Source: Candidatus Thorarchaeota archaeon (GTDB lineage Archaea; Asgardarchaeota; Thorarchaeia; Thorarchaeales; Thorarchaeaceae). Taken from it: a DNA stretch of 64,000 bases. A program made the translations under genes and the position numbers. Below the pieces are notes generated by a model that did no database searches, had not been told where the DNA came from, and saw nothing but the letters and a program-made list of their open reading frames with translations. The stretch lies in the NCBI GenBank assembly GCA_963726195.1, contig CAVSBO010000017.1:47331-111330 (forward strand), written 5' to 3'. Positions within the stretch are counted from its first letter, which is position 1; every line of letters begins with the position of its first letter. Shown here piece by piece: positions 42,422 to 53,376 of this stretch.

Positions 42422-43990
42422 GTGTCGCGCATGAAGTTGGAGGCAGACCTCGTAGCATTCAATGGTAACATCGTAACGATGGATTCTGAGAATCCTACGG
42501 CCACAGCACTTGCAGTCAAGAATCACAAATTGGTCTTCGTTGGAAGCGATACACAGGTCCCGGACCTTGTGGCTGATGCGCGAAGGACCATGGACCTTGG
42601 AGGCAAGACCGTAGTTCCGGGTTTCGTCGATGCTCACACACACATCACTGGAGCTGGCATGAAAGCCTCACAGGTGAATCTGGAATCGACTCATTCTGCC
42701 GGAGATGTAAAGCATGCATTGAAAGATGCTCTCCCAAGGTACGGTCGAGGGCAGTGGATTCGCGGCTATGGATGGGACGAGAGCTTCTGGCCTGAGAAAC
42801 GATACCTTACGGCTGAAGACCTAGATGATGTTAGCGAAGTAAACCCAATCGCCATCGACAGAGTGGACGGACACCTGACTTCTGCGAACAGTCTAGCCTT
42901 GAAGAAGCTCGGAATCTCTCTCGAACATGAAGGTGTTCTCAAAGACAAGAAGGGAAAGCCTACCGGTGTGCTCAGGGACATTGACAATCTCTGGAGTGAG
43001 TTTCCTCCTTCGCCCGAAGAAATCAAGCAGGGCGTTGTGGCCGGCAACAGGATCGCAAGTAGACATGGTATCACAGCACTGGTGGATAACCAGCCGCCTG
43101 GGATGCTCCGCTCCGTGCTCGCATGCGAAAAGGAAGAACTCCTCACTGCACGGATGGTAGTCAATGAATACTCCGAAGTCACCAAGAACATGATTGAATT
43201 GGGAATCACATCAGGGATGGGCGATTCCATGGTGAGAATCGGCGGCGTCAAATCGTTCATGGACGGGTCCATTGGAGCGAGGACAGCTGCCTTGTCTCAG
43301 CCCTACATTGATGACAAGGGCAACAAGGGCAGGATGCTCATCTCTCAAAAAGACATGGAAGCACTGTTGAAGCAAGCGGTCAATAGCGATATTCAGACGG
43401 CAACTCACGCGATTGGTGACGATGCAATTGAGACCCTCATCTCAGCGTTCGAGAGCCTGAGTGAAAGCGAGAAGAGTAAGGTCAAAGACCAGCGACACCG
43501 CATCGAGCACGTCGAAATGATCAACCAAGACCAGATTCGGAGGGCAGTTGGTCTGGGTCTCATTCTATCAATGCAGCCCAATTTCGTGGGCGTATGGCAG
43601 CAGAAGGGAGGTCTCTACGAACAGAGACTCGGACCTGAACGAGTGTCATCGATGAACATGTTTAGAGTAGCACTCGATAGTGGAGCACACGTATGCTTCG
43701 GTTCAGACGGGATGCCCTACAGTCCCCTCTATGGCATTTGGTCGGCCGTGACGTTTCCAAATCCGAAAGTGAAAATCAGTGTCGAGGAAGCGTTGCGTTG
43801 TTATACAGTTGAGAGTGCCTACTCAGTATTCATGGAGAATACAATAGGCAGTCTCGCAGTTGGAAAGAAAGCCGACTTCGTGGTTCTTTCCAACAACATC
43901 ATGACCGTACCACCAGCCAGAGTTAATGACATCAAGGTCGAAACGACGATTCTAGGCGGCATCGTCGAGTATAGTTCGTCGAACGCGTGA
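42422..43990 (+). CDS. Amidohydrolase-3 (YtcJ-like) family protein
   Basis: PGFVDAHTH, KSFMDGSIGARTA, THAIGD, RHRIEH, FGSD, GKKADFVVL. Confidence 0.9.
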   Translation: MSRMKLEADLVAFNGNIVTMDSENPTATALAVKNHKLVFVGSDTQVPDLVADARRTMDLGGKTVVPGFVDAHTHITGAGMKASQVNLESTHSAGDVKHALKDALPRYGRGQWIRGYGWDESFWPEKRYLTAEDLDDVSEVNPIAIDRVDGHLTSANSLALKKLGISLEHEGVLKDKKGKPTGVLRDIDNLWSEFPPSPEEIKQGVVAGNRIASRHGITALVDNQPPGMLRSVLACEKEELLTARMVVNEYSEVTKNMIELGITSGMGDSMVRIGGVKSFMDGSIGARTAALSQPYIDDKGNKGRMLISQKDMEALLKQAVNSDIQTATHAIGDDAIETLISAFESLSESEKSKVKDQRHRIEHVEMINQDQIRRAVGLGLILSMQPNFVGVWQQKGGLYEQRLGPERVSSMNMFRVALDSGAHVCFGSDGMPYSPLYGIWSAVTFPNPKVKISVEEALRCYTVESAYSVFMENTIGSLAVGKKADFVVLSNNIMTVPPARVNDIKVETTILGGIVEYSSSNA

Positions 43991-44000
43991 AGGTGGCGCG

Positions 44001-45767
44001 ATGGGGAACATCAAGACCCTTAGCCCCGACTTGGTGTCGCTGATATCTGCAGGCGAAGTCATTGACGGGCCATGGTCGGTGGTCAAAGAGCTCATCGAGA
44101 ACTCTCTGGACGCTGGCGCGAAGCATATTGACATTGAAATCAAGAATGGCGGGATAGACTCGATAAAGGTCTCAGACAACGGTTCGGGCATCACCAAGAC
44201 CGACATCAGGCTGTGTGGTCTGCGGCATTCTACAAGCAAGATAGCTTCCAAGACCGACCTTGAATCAATAACAACCTACGGCTTCCGTGGAGAGGCGCTG
44301 GCAAGCATGGCTGCTGTCGCCGACGTTGAGATAACAAGTCGCTCTTCCAATGAAGACATCGGGACCAGACTTGTGTCGAGAACAGCCGAACACCGGACCT
44401 ACTCAGATGCATCGAGACCACCGGGAACGACTGTAGAAGTTACGAACCTTTTCGATCGTGTGCCCGCTCGAAAGAAGCACCTGGCCTCCCCGAAGACTGA
44501 GGGGCAGCGAGTTGTCGATGTTGTCATGCGACACGCAGTCGCCAGACCCGACGTGGGATTCAGACTAATCAAGGATGGGCAATCAGCGATAGACTGCCCA
44601 CCGCAAAGCGCCAGGGACAGGGTTGCTACCATATGGGGTCCAGATGTGGCAAGAAACCTCGTGGACGTTGATTCTGTCAGGGACGAGACGAGAGTCAGAG
44701 GCTTTCTTGCCAGACCGCCTGTCTCCAGAGGCAATCGTTCTCATGAGTACTTCTACATTAGAGGCAGACCTATTGAGGATGGGCAACTCAGCGCAGCCCT
44801 TGAGAGCGTTTACTCCTCCCTCTTAATGCGCGGTCGGTACCCAGTGTCGGCCCTAGATATCTCCTTGGACACTACCCGTGTTGATGTCAATGTGCACCCG
44901 ACCAAGCGCGAAGTGAGGATTGCAGACATCGAGGAAGTCAAGGCTGCATTGAAGGGTGCGGCTCGAGAAGCTTTGGCATTGGAGACACCACCAAAAGAAC
45001 CGGCGTTCGTTCTGAATACCGGCGTCGTGTCTGAATCCATCACACCCGCGAGTCGAAAGGCTTCCAAGCACGCTGACCGTTCTCATGCAAAGCCTCTTCT
45101 CACAGATACCCTTGTTGAGGCAGACACGCTCAAAGTTCCTGCCGTTGTGAGGACCGATGACACGATGCAAATCCTGGCGCTTGGTGGTGTGTTCAGAATC
45201 ATTGGTCAGCTTCAGAACCTCTACGTGCTTCTCGAGTTTGAAGATGGTTTGGTTTTGGTTGACCAGCACGCAGCGCACGAGAGGATTATGTATGAACGGC
45301 TCCGGCGCGAACTCGACAGCGGCCCGATGCCAGTCCAAGAACTGCTTGAGCCCATAGTCCTTCGGCTCGAACATGGTGACTCAGACCGCGTGTTGGAGCT
45401 CGCTCAACCGCTCAATACGCTCGGATATACTCTAGCAAGTTTCGGCGGGAATGAGGTATTGATCTCAACGCTTCCCGATGTGCTCGGGCACCAGGTTTCC
45501 GACAACGAGGTCATGGCTATTATCGATGAAATCCTTGATCTTGGAGAAGAACACGCTTCTAAGCACTTCATGGACGACGTTGTAAAGCTAACAGCCTGCC
45601 ATGCTGCTATCAGAGCCGGACAGCCACTGAGCATTGATGAGATTCGAGATCTTCTGACTAGCATGGCAAGCACTCCCAACCGATACAATTGCCCACACGG
45701 AAGGCCTACAATCGTTCGAATAACCTCGGATGAGCTGGAGAAGAGGTTTGGCAGAGTTCAGCCATAG
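44001..45767 (+). CDS. mutL: DNA mismatch repair endonuclease MutL
   Basis: AGEVI, KELIENSLDA, DNGSG, GFRGEAL, DVNVHPTK, DQHAAHER, ACH, CPHGRP. Confidence 0.97.
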   Translation: MGNIKTLSPDLVSLISAGEVIDGPWSVVKELIENSLDAGAKHIDIEIKNGGIDSIKVSDNGSGITKTDIRLCGLRHSTSKIASKTDLESITTYGFRGEALASMAAVADVEITSRSSNEDIGTRLVSRTAEHRTYSDASRPPGTTVEVTNLFDRVPARKKHLASPKTEGQRVVDVVMRHAVARPDVGFRLIKDGQSAIDCPPQSARDRVATIWGPDVARNLVDVDSVRDETRVRGFLARPPVSRGNRSHEYFYIRGRPIEDGQLSAALESVYSSLLMRGRYPVSALDISLDTTRVDVNVHPTKREVRIADIEEVKAALKGAAREALALETPPKEPAFVLNTGVVSESITPASRKASKHADRSHAKPLLTDTLVEADTLKVPAVVRTDDTMQILALGGVFRIIGQLQNLYVLLEFEDGLVLVDQHAAHERIMYERLRRELDSGPMPVQELLEPIVLRLEHGDSDRVLELAQPLNTLGYTLASFGGNEVLISTLPDVLGHQVSDNEVMAIIDEILDLGEEHASKHFMDDVVKLTACHAAIRAGQPLSIDEIRDLLTSMASTPNRYNCPHGRPTIVRITSDELEKRFGRVQP

Positions 45768-45956
45768 GTCTCATGGATCCTGCCGAATCACAGCTTGACG
45801 AGTTGCACTGGTTCGGCATTTGACCAACCATCCTGACAGCATTGCATTACATGTACGGAAAAGCGAATAGTTTTACTAGGTTCGAGCGGATAATGTATGG
45901 AGCCTCCACGAGGAACATAAGTTCGATATGCCCGGCTTTGGAGATGACAACGGTTC

Positions 45957-46358
45957 TTGAGTACGACATGGTTCATAGCCAAGGAGTACCTCAAACGACT
46001 TCAAATCAACTTTGAGGAAAACGCCCGCAAGACATTCAGCGTTCGGCCACAGAACCCTTCAGAGGCCGTTGAGATAGAGGTGTTCCCAGGAACGAGTTGG
46101 ATAACTCTCACGACAAGGTTGATGGACCTTGGCACGATACCGGAAGGAAGAAGGAAGGGCGCATACGAGAAGCTGTTGAAGTCCAACGCGAAGCTTGCCG
46201 AGGTCAGTTTCGGAATTGACAAGAAAGACTGTCTCATCATCCGTAATGCGATCCCAGTTGAGGGCATATCATACGATGCGTTCAGCTCGACGTACGAAGC
46301 GCATATTGCAGGCATCAAGTTCTTCCAGCAGATGCTGCTTCCAGTCCTAGAGCACTGA
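45957..46358 (+). CDS. YbjN/CesT-like chaperone-fold protein
   Basis: YEKLLKSNAKLAEVSFGID pattern; 133 aa. Confidence 0.6.
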   Translation: MSTTWFIAKEYLKRLQINFEENARKTFSVRPQNPSEAVEIEVFPGTSWITLTTRLMDLGTIPEGRRKGAYEKLLKSNAKLAEVSFGIDKKDCLIIRNAIPVEGISYDAFSSTYEAHIAGIKFFQQMLLPVLEH

Positions 46359-46387
46359 TTGTATGATTATGTCTTGAAGACTCTGCT

Positions 46388-46424
46388 GAAAAAAAGTAGA
46401 GAAGAGGGGGTTCAATTCCCCCTC
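46388..46424 (-). terminator. Hairpin plus T-tract after the giant surface protein gene
   Basis: 7-bp stem GAGGGGG/CCCCCTC (46404-46424) followed on the minus strand by a T-run, 9 nt past the stop. Confidence 0.6.
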
Positions 46425-46432
46425 GTGTTCAC

Positions 46433-49400
46433 CTAGTGTTTCTTGCGCATCATGAGTACGGCAACGATGGCCACGACAGCAGCTACAGCTCCGCCAATTA
46501 GCACTACAATGACATTGATTCCACCGGCTGGACCTTCTGTGTTTGTGGTTGTCGTTACAGCACCTTTGCCCACTATGTATGAAAAGACAACGGACTCGGT
46601 ATCGCCACTGCTGGTATGAACCACTACCTTGTAGTATACTTGCACGTTATCTGCGTAGGGCGGAATTGTGCCAACGTAGTGATTCAATCCAGTCTGAGAC
46701 ATGCTAGTGGCCTTCCAGCTGAAGTCGGTCCGATAATCCAGGTCTACACTCATGATGGGTTCGCTTGCATAGATGTCAACCCCGATCGACACAGAGTCGG
46801 ATGATGAAGGAACAGATGGCATCATGCTGAAAGCACCAAAACTGACACCACCTGGGCCCGAGGTTGCTCCTCGGTTGGATACATAGCTGACGAACACCGG
46901 GTCTTGGTAAACACTGTAACCGTCCCACTCAGGAAAGCCAATTGTCACATAGTACATGGTCGTACTGAATGACCAAGCAGTTGCAGAGTAACCGCTTGAG
47001 GACTGGTACGCAGTTCTGAAGGTGCCGAGAGGAGTAGTGCAACTCAGCACATCGTAGGGCATTGTTGTGTTCTTGCTCCAATCATAGGTTGTATTGCCCA
47101 TGATCATCTGGGCGAACTTTGCTCCTGCCGTCTCGAACTCAAAGGTCTCGGCACTTACGGTGGACTCCGTTCCAGTAAGCGTACCGTTCGCTTTGAAGGC
47201 AAAAGACTGCATGTTGACTTCGGCGAAGTAATTGAGTGCCAGCGATTTGTTCGCCAAGTTCTCTCTTCCACCGATCATGTCAACATCCCAGTTGCCGACG
47301 TAGTTGTCAACCTTCACCGTCGCGTAGTTGTTCAGGGATGTTGCGTTGAGATGCCCCTTGAAGTGAACCAAGAAGGAGAGCACATCGATGGTTACTCCGG
47401 CCGGTCGCTCGTCAAAGGTCCTCAAGTCAGAACCCGTCATGACACTGTCATACCAACCCCAGTACCCACCCAGAGTGTATGGGAAGACCGTGCCATTCAC
47501 TCCGTAGAACTTCACGCCCCATATGACCTCAGAGGTAACTCCTACCGCAATCGAGCCGCTTGGCGCAGCGTTGTTGTAGGTCATACCTGGCGTGACGAAC
47601 TCGACGCTGCGGACAGAGTCAGGCATCAGGTAGTGGCTTAGCTCACTCCCGCTGGAGCTCATGGTGTTGACATCCATGATTCCATTGCCATTGGTATCGT
47701 TCCATATCATGAGCCCGCTGAACTCGTAGTGAATCCCGACGTGAAGCCAGTTATCGACCGAGCCCGAAGTGTAGGTGGTCCCATAGTCCTGTGATATTCC
47801 GAAGCTAAGCCAAGTCCGTGACTGTTCATTTGACTTGATCCAGTCCCAGTCATTGGCCTCAGCCTGAGCAACTATATCTGCCCATGTGGCGTTCTTTGCC
47901 ATCCAAGCGATGTCCCAGTATCCAGGCCTTGACTCTCCGCCTGGAGTCAGAACTGTGTCCTTGACAGCCTGCATTTCCGTTGAGTTAAGCTGAGAAAAGC
48001 CAGATGCATGGTACCAGTAGTAAGTCTGCGACCACTGCGAACTCCAGTTGAATGTGTCGATGCCCAGCCATGAATTGATGTTCATCTCGTCACCCATCAT
48101 GGTAGCGTTTGGATTCCACGTTAGGTGTACGTTCATCCGATTCCATTCATGAGTCTGGGTGTTCGTTGAATTGTATAGCTCCTGCACATAGTACTGGTCA
48201 TTGACAGTTCCGAGATCGCCGTCAAGGTCTAAGGCACCATTGTCCGGGTTCATCACCCAGTTCTTCATGCCCCACATTCCCCAGTTCGGGATACCAACTA
48301 TGAAATTGTCGAAGTTCTTACAGGTCGTGGAGCTGATAGGAGTAGGGCCATAGACGACTGGATAGCCCCAGGTGGTTTGCATTCTCTGGACGTCCCCAAA
48401 TGTGGCTGTGGCATTCACGAGGACACCGTGGTACAGGAATTGGAGGATTCTGTGCGGCTGAGATTGCATGTTCACGAACAAATCGCCGCTATATGCGGTG
48501 TCGTTGAGCACCTTGTAGCCAAAAACTATGCCACTGAAAGACCTCAGCTGATATGTCTGGCTCATGAAATCATAGACATCATAACCCGTTTCATTGCGAT
48601 AGGAATAGCACGGGTTCACCCCGACTCTTGGGAGGCCTTCCCATGTTGGCACGATGATATTGGTTCCGTTGATCGCAGTGTAATAGTAGTAGGTGAAGTT
48701 TCCTTCTGTCCAAGACCAAGGATAGGTCATTTGGGAATAGAACGAACTCCCATTGAGAATGTACTGGAACACCTGAAAGGCATAGCTTCTGGTTGCGTTC
48801 CACACCGTCCCATTCAATAGGTCAAACATGAAGTAGTTGCCAGATGGACGCGGGTCGCCCATTGGATTCCACGGAGCGTACTCGACCGATGCAACCTTCG
48901 TGAATGCGAAATCGCTAGCGAAGAAGCCAGCGTCTTCTGCGACTCCGAGGTCCGTGGGGTTCCAGATTGCGGTGTTGTTCGCTTCCAAGTACTTCATTGT
49001 ATACATGTCGAGGTGATATGGAACTCCCATGATGTCACAGAAGTAGCCAGGCCCACCGACTTCGTACACAGGGTGGACGACACCTTCAAACACAACAGAC
49101 TTCGTAGTTCTCACTTTGCCACCATTGCTCTCAGTGCTGGCGAGGTTATACAAGAACAGGGCGTTTGCCTTTGGAAATGGCATCTCGTGACGCACTCCGC
49201 CTAGCTCTGTGTACCAGTAGTAGTATTGTGTTGCGCGTGCGAGAATGACTTCGGAACCATTGTACATTGCAGTGTAGTATCTCTCTGGCCATGAAATGTC
49301 GTAGGTATGACCACCAATAACCGTCTGGTATACGCTTCGAAGCCCATCATAGACCAGCTGATACAGGGTGCCGTCAATATCAGTCATGTAGTAGCAGTTG

Positions 49401-52264
49401 TCCACACTCTCCCACCAAATCTGGTTGATCTTGAGATAGCTGAGATTATCATACCTAGCATACCAGAGTGTCTGGCTGAAGTTAGTCTCTACATTGTCGA
49501 ACAAGGTAAAGCTGAGTAGGTTACTCCGCTGATATTCCAATCCACCTTGGTGAATGTTGCCGTTGATGGCAATCCAGTAGTAGTTCCAAGTACTCCCGTT
49601 GAACCAAGACAAGTCATACTCCATTGATGTCAGGAAAGTGTCTCCAGTGCTGGTTGTTACATTATGGATGTGAGCAACATCACTGTGAGTCACGAGTATC
49701 TTGTGGCTCGTATCATTTGCAAGTTCGTAGTAGTAGTATTCCTTACCCGTAGCAGGGTCAGAGTGGTCATAGTTGAAGAAGTTGGTGTAGACCTTATCGG
49801 TCATTGGGTCATAATTCTCACGAACGTAGATGGGCAGAACTTCCCCGTCAATCTCAATGCAGGGGGTTTCCAATCCATAGAGATAGTCTGGACTGAGAGT
49901 TGCATTGTAGAAAGCGAGCTGGTTGTCTCTCAAATTGTCGATGTAGATACTCTTTCCCGAGTACTCGAAGCTATAGACCCATTCCTGCTTCCAGCTGAGT
50001 ACGGGGTGTTCACCCCAGCTTCCTGCATAATCTGTGTACCATGTGTTGTTCAGAAAAGCGAGGTTCCACCAGTAATTGGTGTCGGGAACAGTATGGCTCA
50101 TGTTCACCAGGAAAGAGCAGTAGAGGTCTCCACCGATTCTCTGGCTCGTGAAACCCGAAGTGACACAGAAATCAGGGACAATCGCGGTCTCAGCACTCCG
50201 CGGGTTGACGAACTCCTCCTGCCACTTCCCCGAGAGTCTATTGAAGTACCACTGTTGCCAGTGCCAACCTTCAACCTCCATCCACCGCCATTCAGAGTAT
50301 GTTCCATTGCCCCAAATCCAAGTGCTAGTCATTGAATCCCACACGTAGTGCCATCCAGTCACATTGACGAGAACCCATGTCATATAGGAACCTAAAGTGT
50401 AGTTGTTCTTCTGAGTCCAGTTGAATGCTCTCAGTGAAGGAATGCCCATCATGTCGTACTCGATCTCGTAAGTGAGTTCTGATGAACCGTACTCGTCCGG
50501 TCGCCAGTAGCTGTCGTATGCATCCATGACGAATTGAACGCCGTCAATGTCAGCTGCAATCGAACTGCCACCCTGTAGTCTACCACGAACCATGAAGTCT
50601 TTCCCTTTGTCCACCTGAAACACGCAACCAGTTGGCTCGTTTCCATCTGCCTTGAGCAGCTTGGCGATCGTAACCGGTTTCTCGACAGCTATTTGCTTCG
50701 CCATCTGGTAGTCTGAATATGATTGACGAGGAGACTCGCTGTAGGCGGCTGGTCCATATCGCTGGTTGTGAGGTCCCATAACGATATCAGTGAAACTGAA
50801 ACCCATCATCTCTGTGTCAGTGGGCATGATGGGGGTGAAGTGCCCTGCGAAATCAACAACGAACTCAGCACCAATCCTGCGAGCTACACACAAACTGCTG
50901 TTCAGCTTGAAGAGAACGGGAACCTCTGGAGGCATCGGTTCGAAGACCATTACTTCCTCATTTCCAGTTCCTTGTACGTATGTGGCGTGGCGATAACCGA
51001 CGTAGATGTAGCCATAGTATGCTTCGAAGTGTCGGGTCGTTCCATTGTACACGAAAAACATTTGACCGTATACCCAAGTGCTATGGATTTTGAGCACTGG
51101 ATCGTTCACATGAGTAGCGTTGTTGAACTCCCATTCTAGGACGGTAATATTCACTAGCTTAGATGTCCCTGTGGCTATCATTTGGTGTTCGAGAAAAGAC
51201 CCGAATGTCTGTTTCATTCGGCTGACTGCTATGCTCGCATTCCAGACATAAGTTCCAAGATGAGGACTGTATTCCCAGCCGCCGAAAGTGGTCTGCAACT
51301 CGTCGTGCCATCCGGTGACATTGAACACCCCTTCAATCGAGGAAGGCAACATGAAACCCAGAAGGACATACTCCGGCGTATCTCCACTGACGTTGTATCG
51401 CATTACAAAGTCCTTGTTTCTGCTCACTGAGTAGAGAGCATCACCTTCTAGATCCAGCTTCTGAAGAGTGTACGATCCGCCGTACGATTGACCCCATGCC
51501 AGTGTCGGTGCCATTCCTACGGCGATCCCTTGGAATTCCCAGCCGGAACCGTAGTTGTACGATCCTATCCAGGCATTGTTCGAGTCCCGAACGCTTAGCT
51601 CGAGCTGATACAGGCCAAGCGGAGTGCCTGACAGGAATTGGATCGCAAGAGTCACATGATAGTAAGATGAGTCTGTTGAATTCGTGCAGTTGGCTGGGAC
51701 GATCTGAACGAAGCTCGGCTCGATTGGCGGCAATCCCTTGTCACTTGAGTTGTATTTGTGTGACTGAGCATACCACCTGTCCACGTACGCGAAGGCATTG
51801 AAACCAAACCCGAAGTCTGCGGAGAAGTTCATGCTATTCGACGTGTAATGGCCCCGCAGCTCAGCGCCGCTGAGTATGGTGCCTAGAGTGAAGACTCCTC
51901 TTGGAATAGTCACCACGAAGCGAAGCTGCTCTCCGATTTCAGCATAGCTGTCTCTCGTCAGCAAGCTTCCGTTCTGGTGGTATATATCGAAAGTCGGTTG
52001 AGGCCCAAAGAGCCAGTTCCTGTTCTGCCAGCTCCATTCGTTAGTTGTGCTGTTGTGGTCTTCGTTCCATGATACTTGAGTGCCGGCCCCGCCCCCAGGC
52101 CCTTTTGCCGGATTGAGCGGCACTGCGCCATGGGTGATTATACGGTTACCTACGTCGTTTCGGAGGACAGGCATAGTCATGCCGCCCGTCGACGCCATAG
52201 AAAGAAGAAAGACTGCAACAGCAAGAAGAGACACGAATGATCTTCGGTTACCATTCAGTTTCAT
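46433..52264 (-). CDS. Giant (~1940 aa) secreted, C-terminally membrane-anchored surface glycoprotein
   Basis: Signal peptide MKLNGNRRSFVSLLAVAVFLL; many NxS/T sequons; W/Y-rich; DLDGD and DTNGNG loops; Thr linker, TM and RKKH tail. Confidence 0.85.
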   Translation of the reverse strand: MKLNGNRRSFVSLLAVAVFLLSMASTGGMTMPVLRNDVGNRIITHGAVPLNPAKGPGGGAGTQVSWNEDHNSTTNEWSWQNRNWLFGPQPTFDIYHQNGSLLTRDSYAEIGEQLRFVVTIPRGVFTLGTILSGAELRGHYTSNSMNFSADFGFGFNAFAYVDRWYAQSHKYNSSDKGLPPIEPSFVQIVPANCTNSTDSSYYHVTLAIQFLSGTPLGLYQLELSVRDSNNAWIGSYNYGSGWEFQGIAVGMAPTLAWGQSYGGSYTLQKLDLEGDALYSVSRNKDFVMRYNVSGDTPEYVLLGFMLPSSIEGVFNVTGWHDELQTTFGGWEYSPHLGTYVWNASIAVSRMKQTFGSFLEHQMIATGTSKLVNITVLEWEFNNATHVNDPVLKIHSTWVYGQMFFVYNGTTRHFEAYYGYIYVGYRHATYVQGTGNEEVMVFEPMPPEVPVLFKLNSSLCVARRIGAEFVVDFAGHFTPIMPTDTEMMGFSFTDIVMGPHNQRYGPAAYSESPRQSYSDYQMAKQIAVEKPVTIAKLLKADGNEPTGCVFQVDKGKDFMVRGRLQGGSSIAADIDGVQFVMDAYDSYWRPDEYGSSELTYEIEYDMMGIPSLRAFNWTQKNNYTLGSYMTWVLVNVTGWHYVWDSMTSTWIWGNGTYSEWRWMEVEGWHWQQWYFNRLSGKWQEEFVNPRSAETAIVPDFCVTSGFTSQRIGGDLYCSFLVNMSHTVPDTNYWWNLAFLNNTWYTDYAGSWGEHPVLSWKQEWVYSFEYSGKSIYIDNLRDNQLAFYNATLSPDYLYGLETPCIEIDGEVLPIYVRENYDPMTDKVYTNFFNYDHSDPATGKEYYYYELANDTSHKILVTHSDVAHIHNVTTSTGDTFLTSMEYDLSWFNGSTWNYYWIAINGNIHQGGLEYQRSNLLSFTLFDNVETNFSQTLWYARYDNLSYLKINQIWWESVDNCYYMTDIDGTLYQLVYDGLRSVYQTVIGGHTYDISWPERYYTAMYNGSEVILARATQYYYWYTELGGVRHEMPFPKANALFLYNLASTESNGGKVRTTKSVVFEGVVHPVYEVGGPGYFCDIMGVPYHLDMYTMKYLEANNTAIWNPTDLGVAEDAGFFASDFAFTKVASVEYAPWNPMGDPRPSGNYFMFDLLNGTVWNATRSYAFQVFQYILNGSSFYSQMTYPWSWTEGNFTYYYYTAINGTNIIVPTWEGLPRVGVNPCYSYRNETGYDVYDFMSQTYQLRSFSGIVFGYKVLNDTAYSGDLFVNMQSQPHRILQFLYHGVLVNATATFGDVQRMQTTWGYPVVYGPTPISSTTCKNFDNFIVGIPNWGMWGMKNWVMNPDNGALDLDGDLGTVNDQYYVQELYNSTNTQTHEWNRMNVHLTWNPNATMMGDEMNINSWLGIDTFNWSSQWSQTYYWYHASGFSQLNSTEMQAVKDTVLTPGGESRPGYWDIAWMAKNATWADIVAQAEANDWDWIKSNEQSRTWLSFGISQDYGTTYTSGSVDNWLHVGIHYEFSGLMIWNDTNGNGIMDVNTMSSSGSELSHYLMPDSVRSVEFVTPGMTYNNAAPSGSIAVGVTSEVIWGVKFYGVNGTVFPYTLGGYWGWYDSVMTGSDLRTFDERPAGVTIDVLSFLVHFKGHLNATSLNNYATVKVDNYVGNWDVDMIGGRENLANKSLALNYFAEVNMQSFAFKANGTLTGTESTVSAETFEFETAGAKFAQMIMGNTTYDWSKNTTMPYDVLSCTTPLGTFRTAYQSSSGYSATAWSFSTTMYYVTIGFPEWDGYSVYQDPVFVSYVSNRGATSGPGGVSFGAFSMMPSVPSSSDSVSIGVDIYASEPIMSVDLDYRTDFSWKATSMSQTGLNHYVGTIPPYADNVQVYYKVVVHTSSGDTESVVFSYIVGKGAVTTTTNTEGPAGGINVIVVLIGGAVAAVVAIVAVLMMRKKH

Positions 52265-52426
52265 GTTAATCGTATCCCCTTGCGCGCCGCTGTCCCAGAA
52301 TCCGAAGCCTGCTTGTGGAGCCTCGAGAGACAGGGGAGGAGCGCACAACCTGTGCGCGCTCTAGACGTGATGTACGGCGTTTTCACATAATAATGTTATA
52401 AAATAATAGCAGATGTATTGCTAGCA

Positions 52427-53217
52427 CTACGTGAATTCGTGGGCGTCCATGCCTAGGTCTCCCCAGTACCAGCTGTGGTGAATGATCTTGCCCTTCGCAT
52501 CTGGTCCTGCGGCTCCGAATGCAGTGAGAAGAGGCATGTAGTGGTCCGGGCGTGGGTGAGCACGCTCAGGGTACGGCGCTACTGTCCTGTAGTTTGTCAG
52601 AGAGTCCCGATCTCCGCGCTCAACTGCCCGCGGAAAGCCAAGCATCGAAGTCCATGGCCCATTTATCTGTGGGGGCATCTTGGCTCAGCAGCTGAATGTA
52701 CCCCAGCGGGTGCACCGCACCGCCGCTACCGATGACGAGAACACCTTCCTTTCGCAGTGCCGCAATCGCCATACCGAGCGAGTAGTGTTTCGATGGGTCC
52801 AAGTGGTGTTGGATGGAAAGCTGAACAACTGGAATGTTCGCTTCGGGAAACATGACCATCAGAGGCACCCAAGCACCATGGTCGAGACCGCGTTGTCGGT
52901 CAACGTCACAATCAATCTTTGCCTTCTTGAGCAAGCCGACTACACGACTTGCAAGCTCTGAGGAGCCATGGGCAGGGTATCTCATCTCGTACAGTTCCTG
53001 CGGGAATCCATAGAAATCGTGAATTGTGTCCAGTTCATCAGCAGCATTGACAGCGGGTCTTGTTGTCTCCCAATGAGCTGACACAAGAAGTACCGCCTCC
53101 ACTCCCCGATATGTCCTGCCTCAGCTCCATCCAGAAATCCTTCGCAGGGATGTTTTCCAATGGTGTAGTCGGCGACCCATGCGAAAGGAAAACCGTCGGC
53201 AGCTGATTCTTGCTCAC
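52427..53217 (-). CDS. DODA/YgiD-type extradiol dioxygenase (LigB family); +1 frameshifts near 53121 and 52630
   Basis: PTVFLSHGSP, VSAHW, TIHDFYGFP, GLDHGAWVPL, GSGGAVH, AHPRPDHYMPL spread over three frames. Confidence 0.9.
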
Positions 53218-53376
53218 AGTGTCACCATAGATCGATTGTCTGTCAGAAATGCGGGCTTCAATCGGTGTTCTCGATTATAGCTGCACAATGTATCATCATC
53301 AATATACCTTTTGAAAGTGCACCCTACCTCCTATCAACTCTGTGGATGACAGACTCTGAAGCGACGAAATCAATAG

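Noticed and set aside
46404-46424. GGGGG-TTCAATT-CCCCC resembles a tRNA T-arm or att remnant
   Set aside because: No acceptor, D or anticodon arms; position and adjacent T-run fit a terminator
46616-52364. Numerous plus-strand ORFs opposite the giant gene, and similar antisense ORFs elsewhere
   Set aside because: Shadow ORFs of real genes with no motifs
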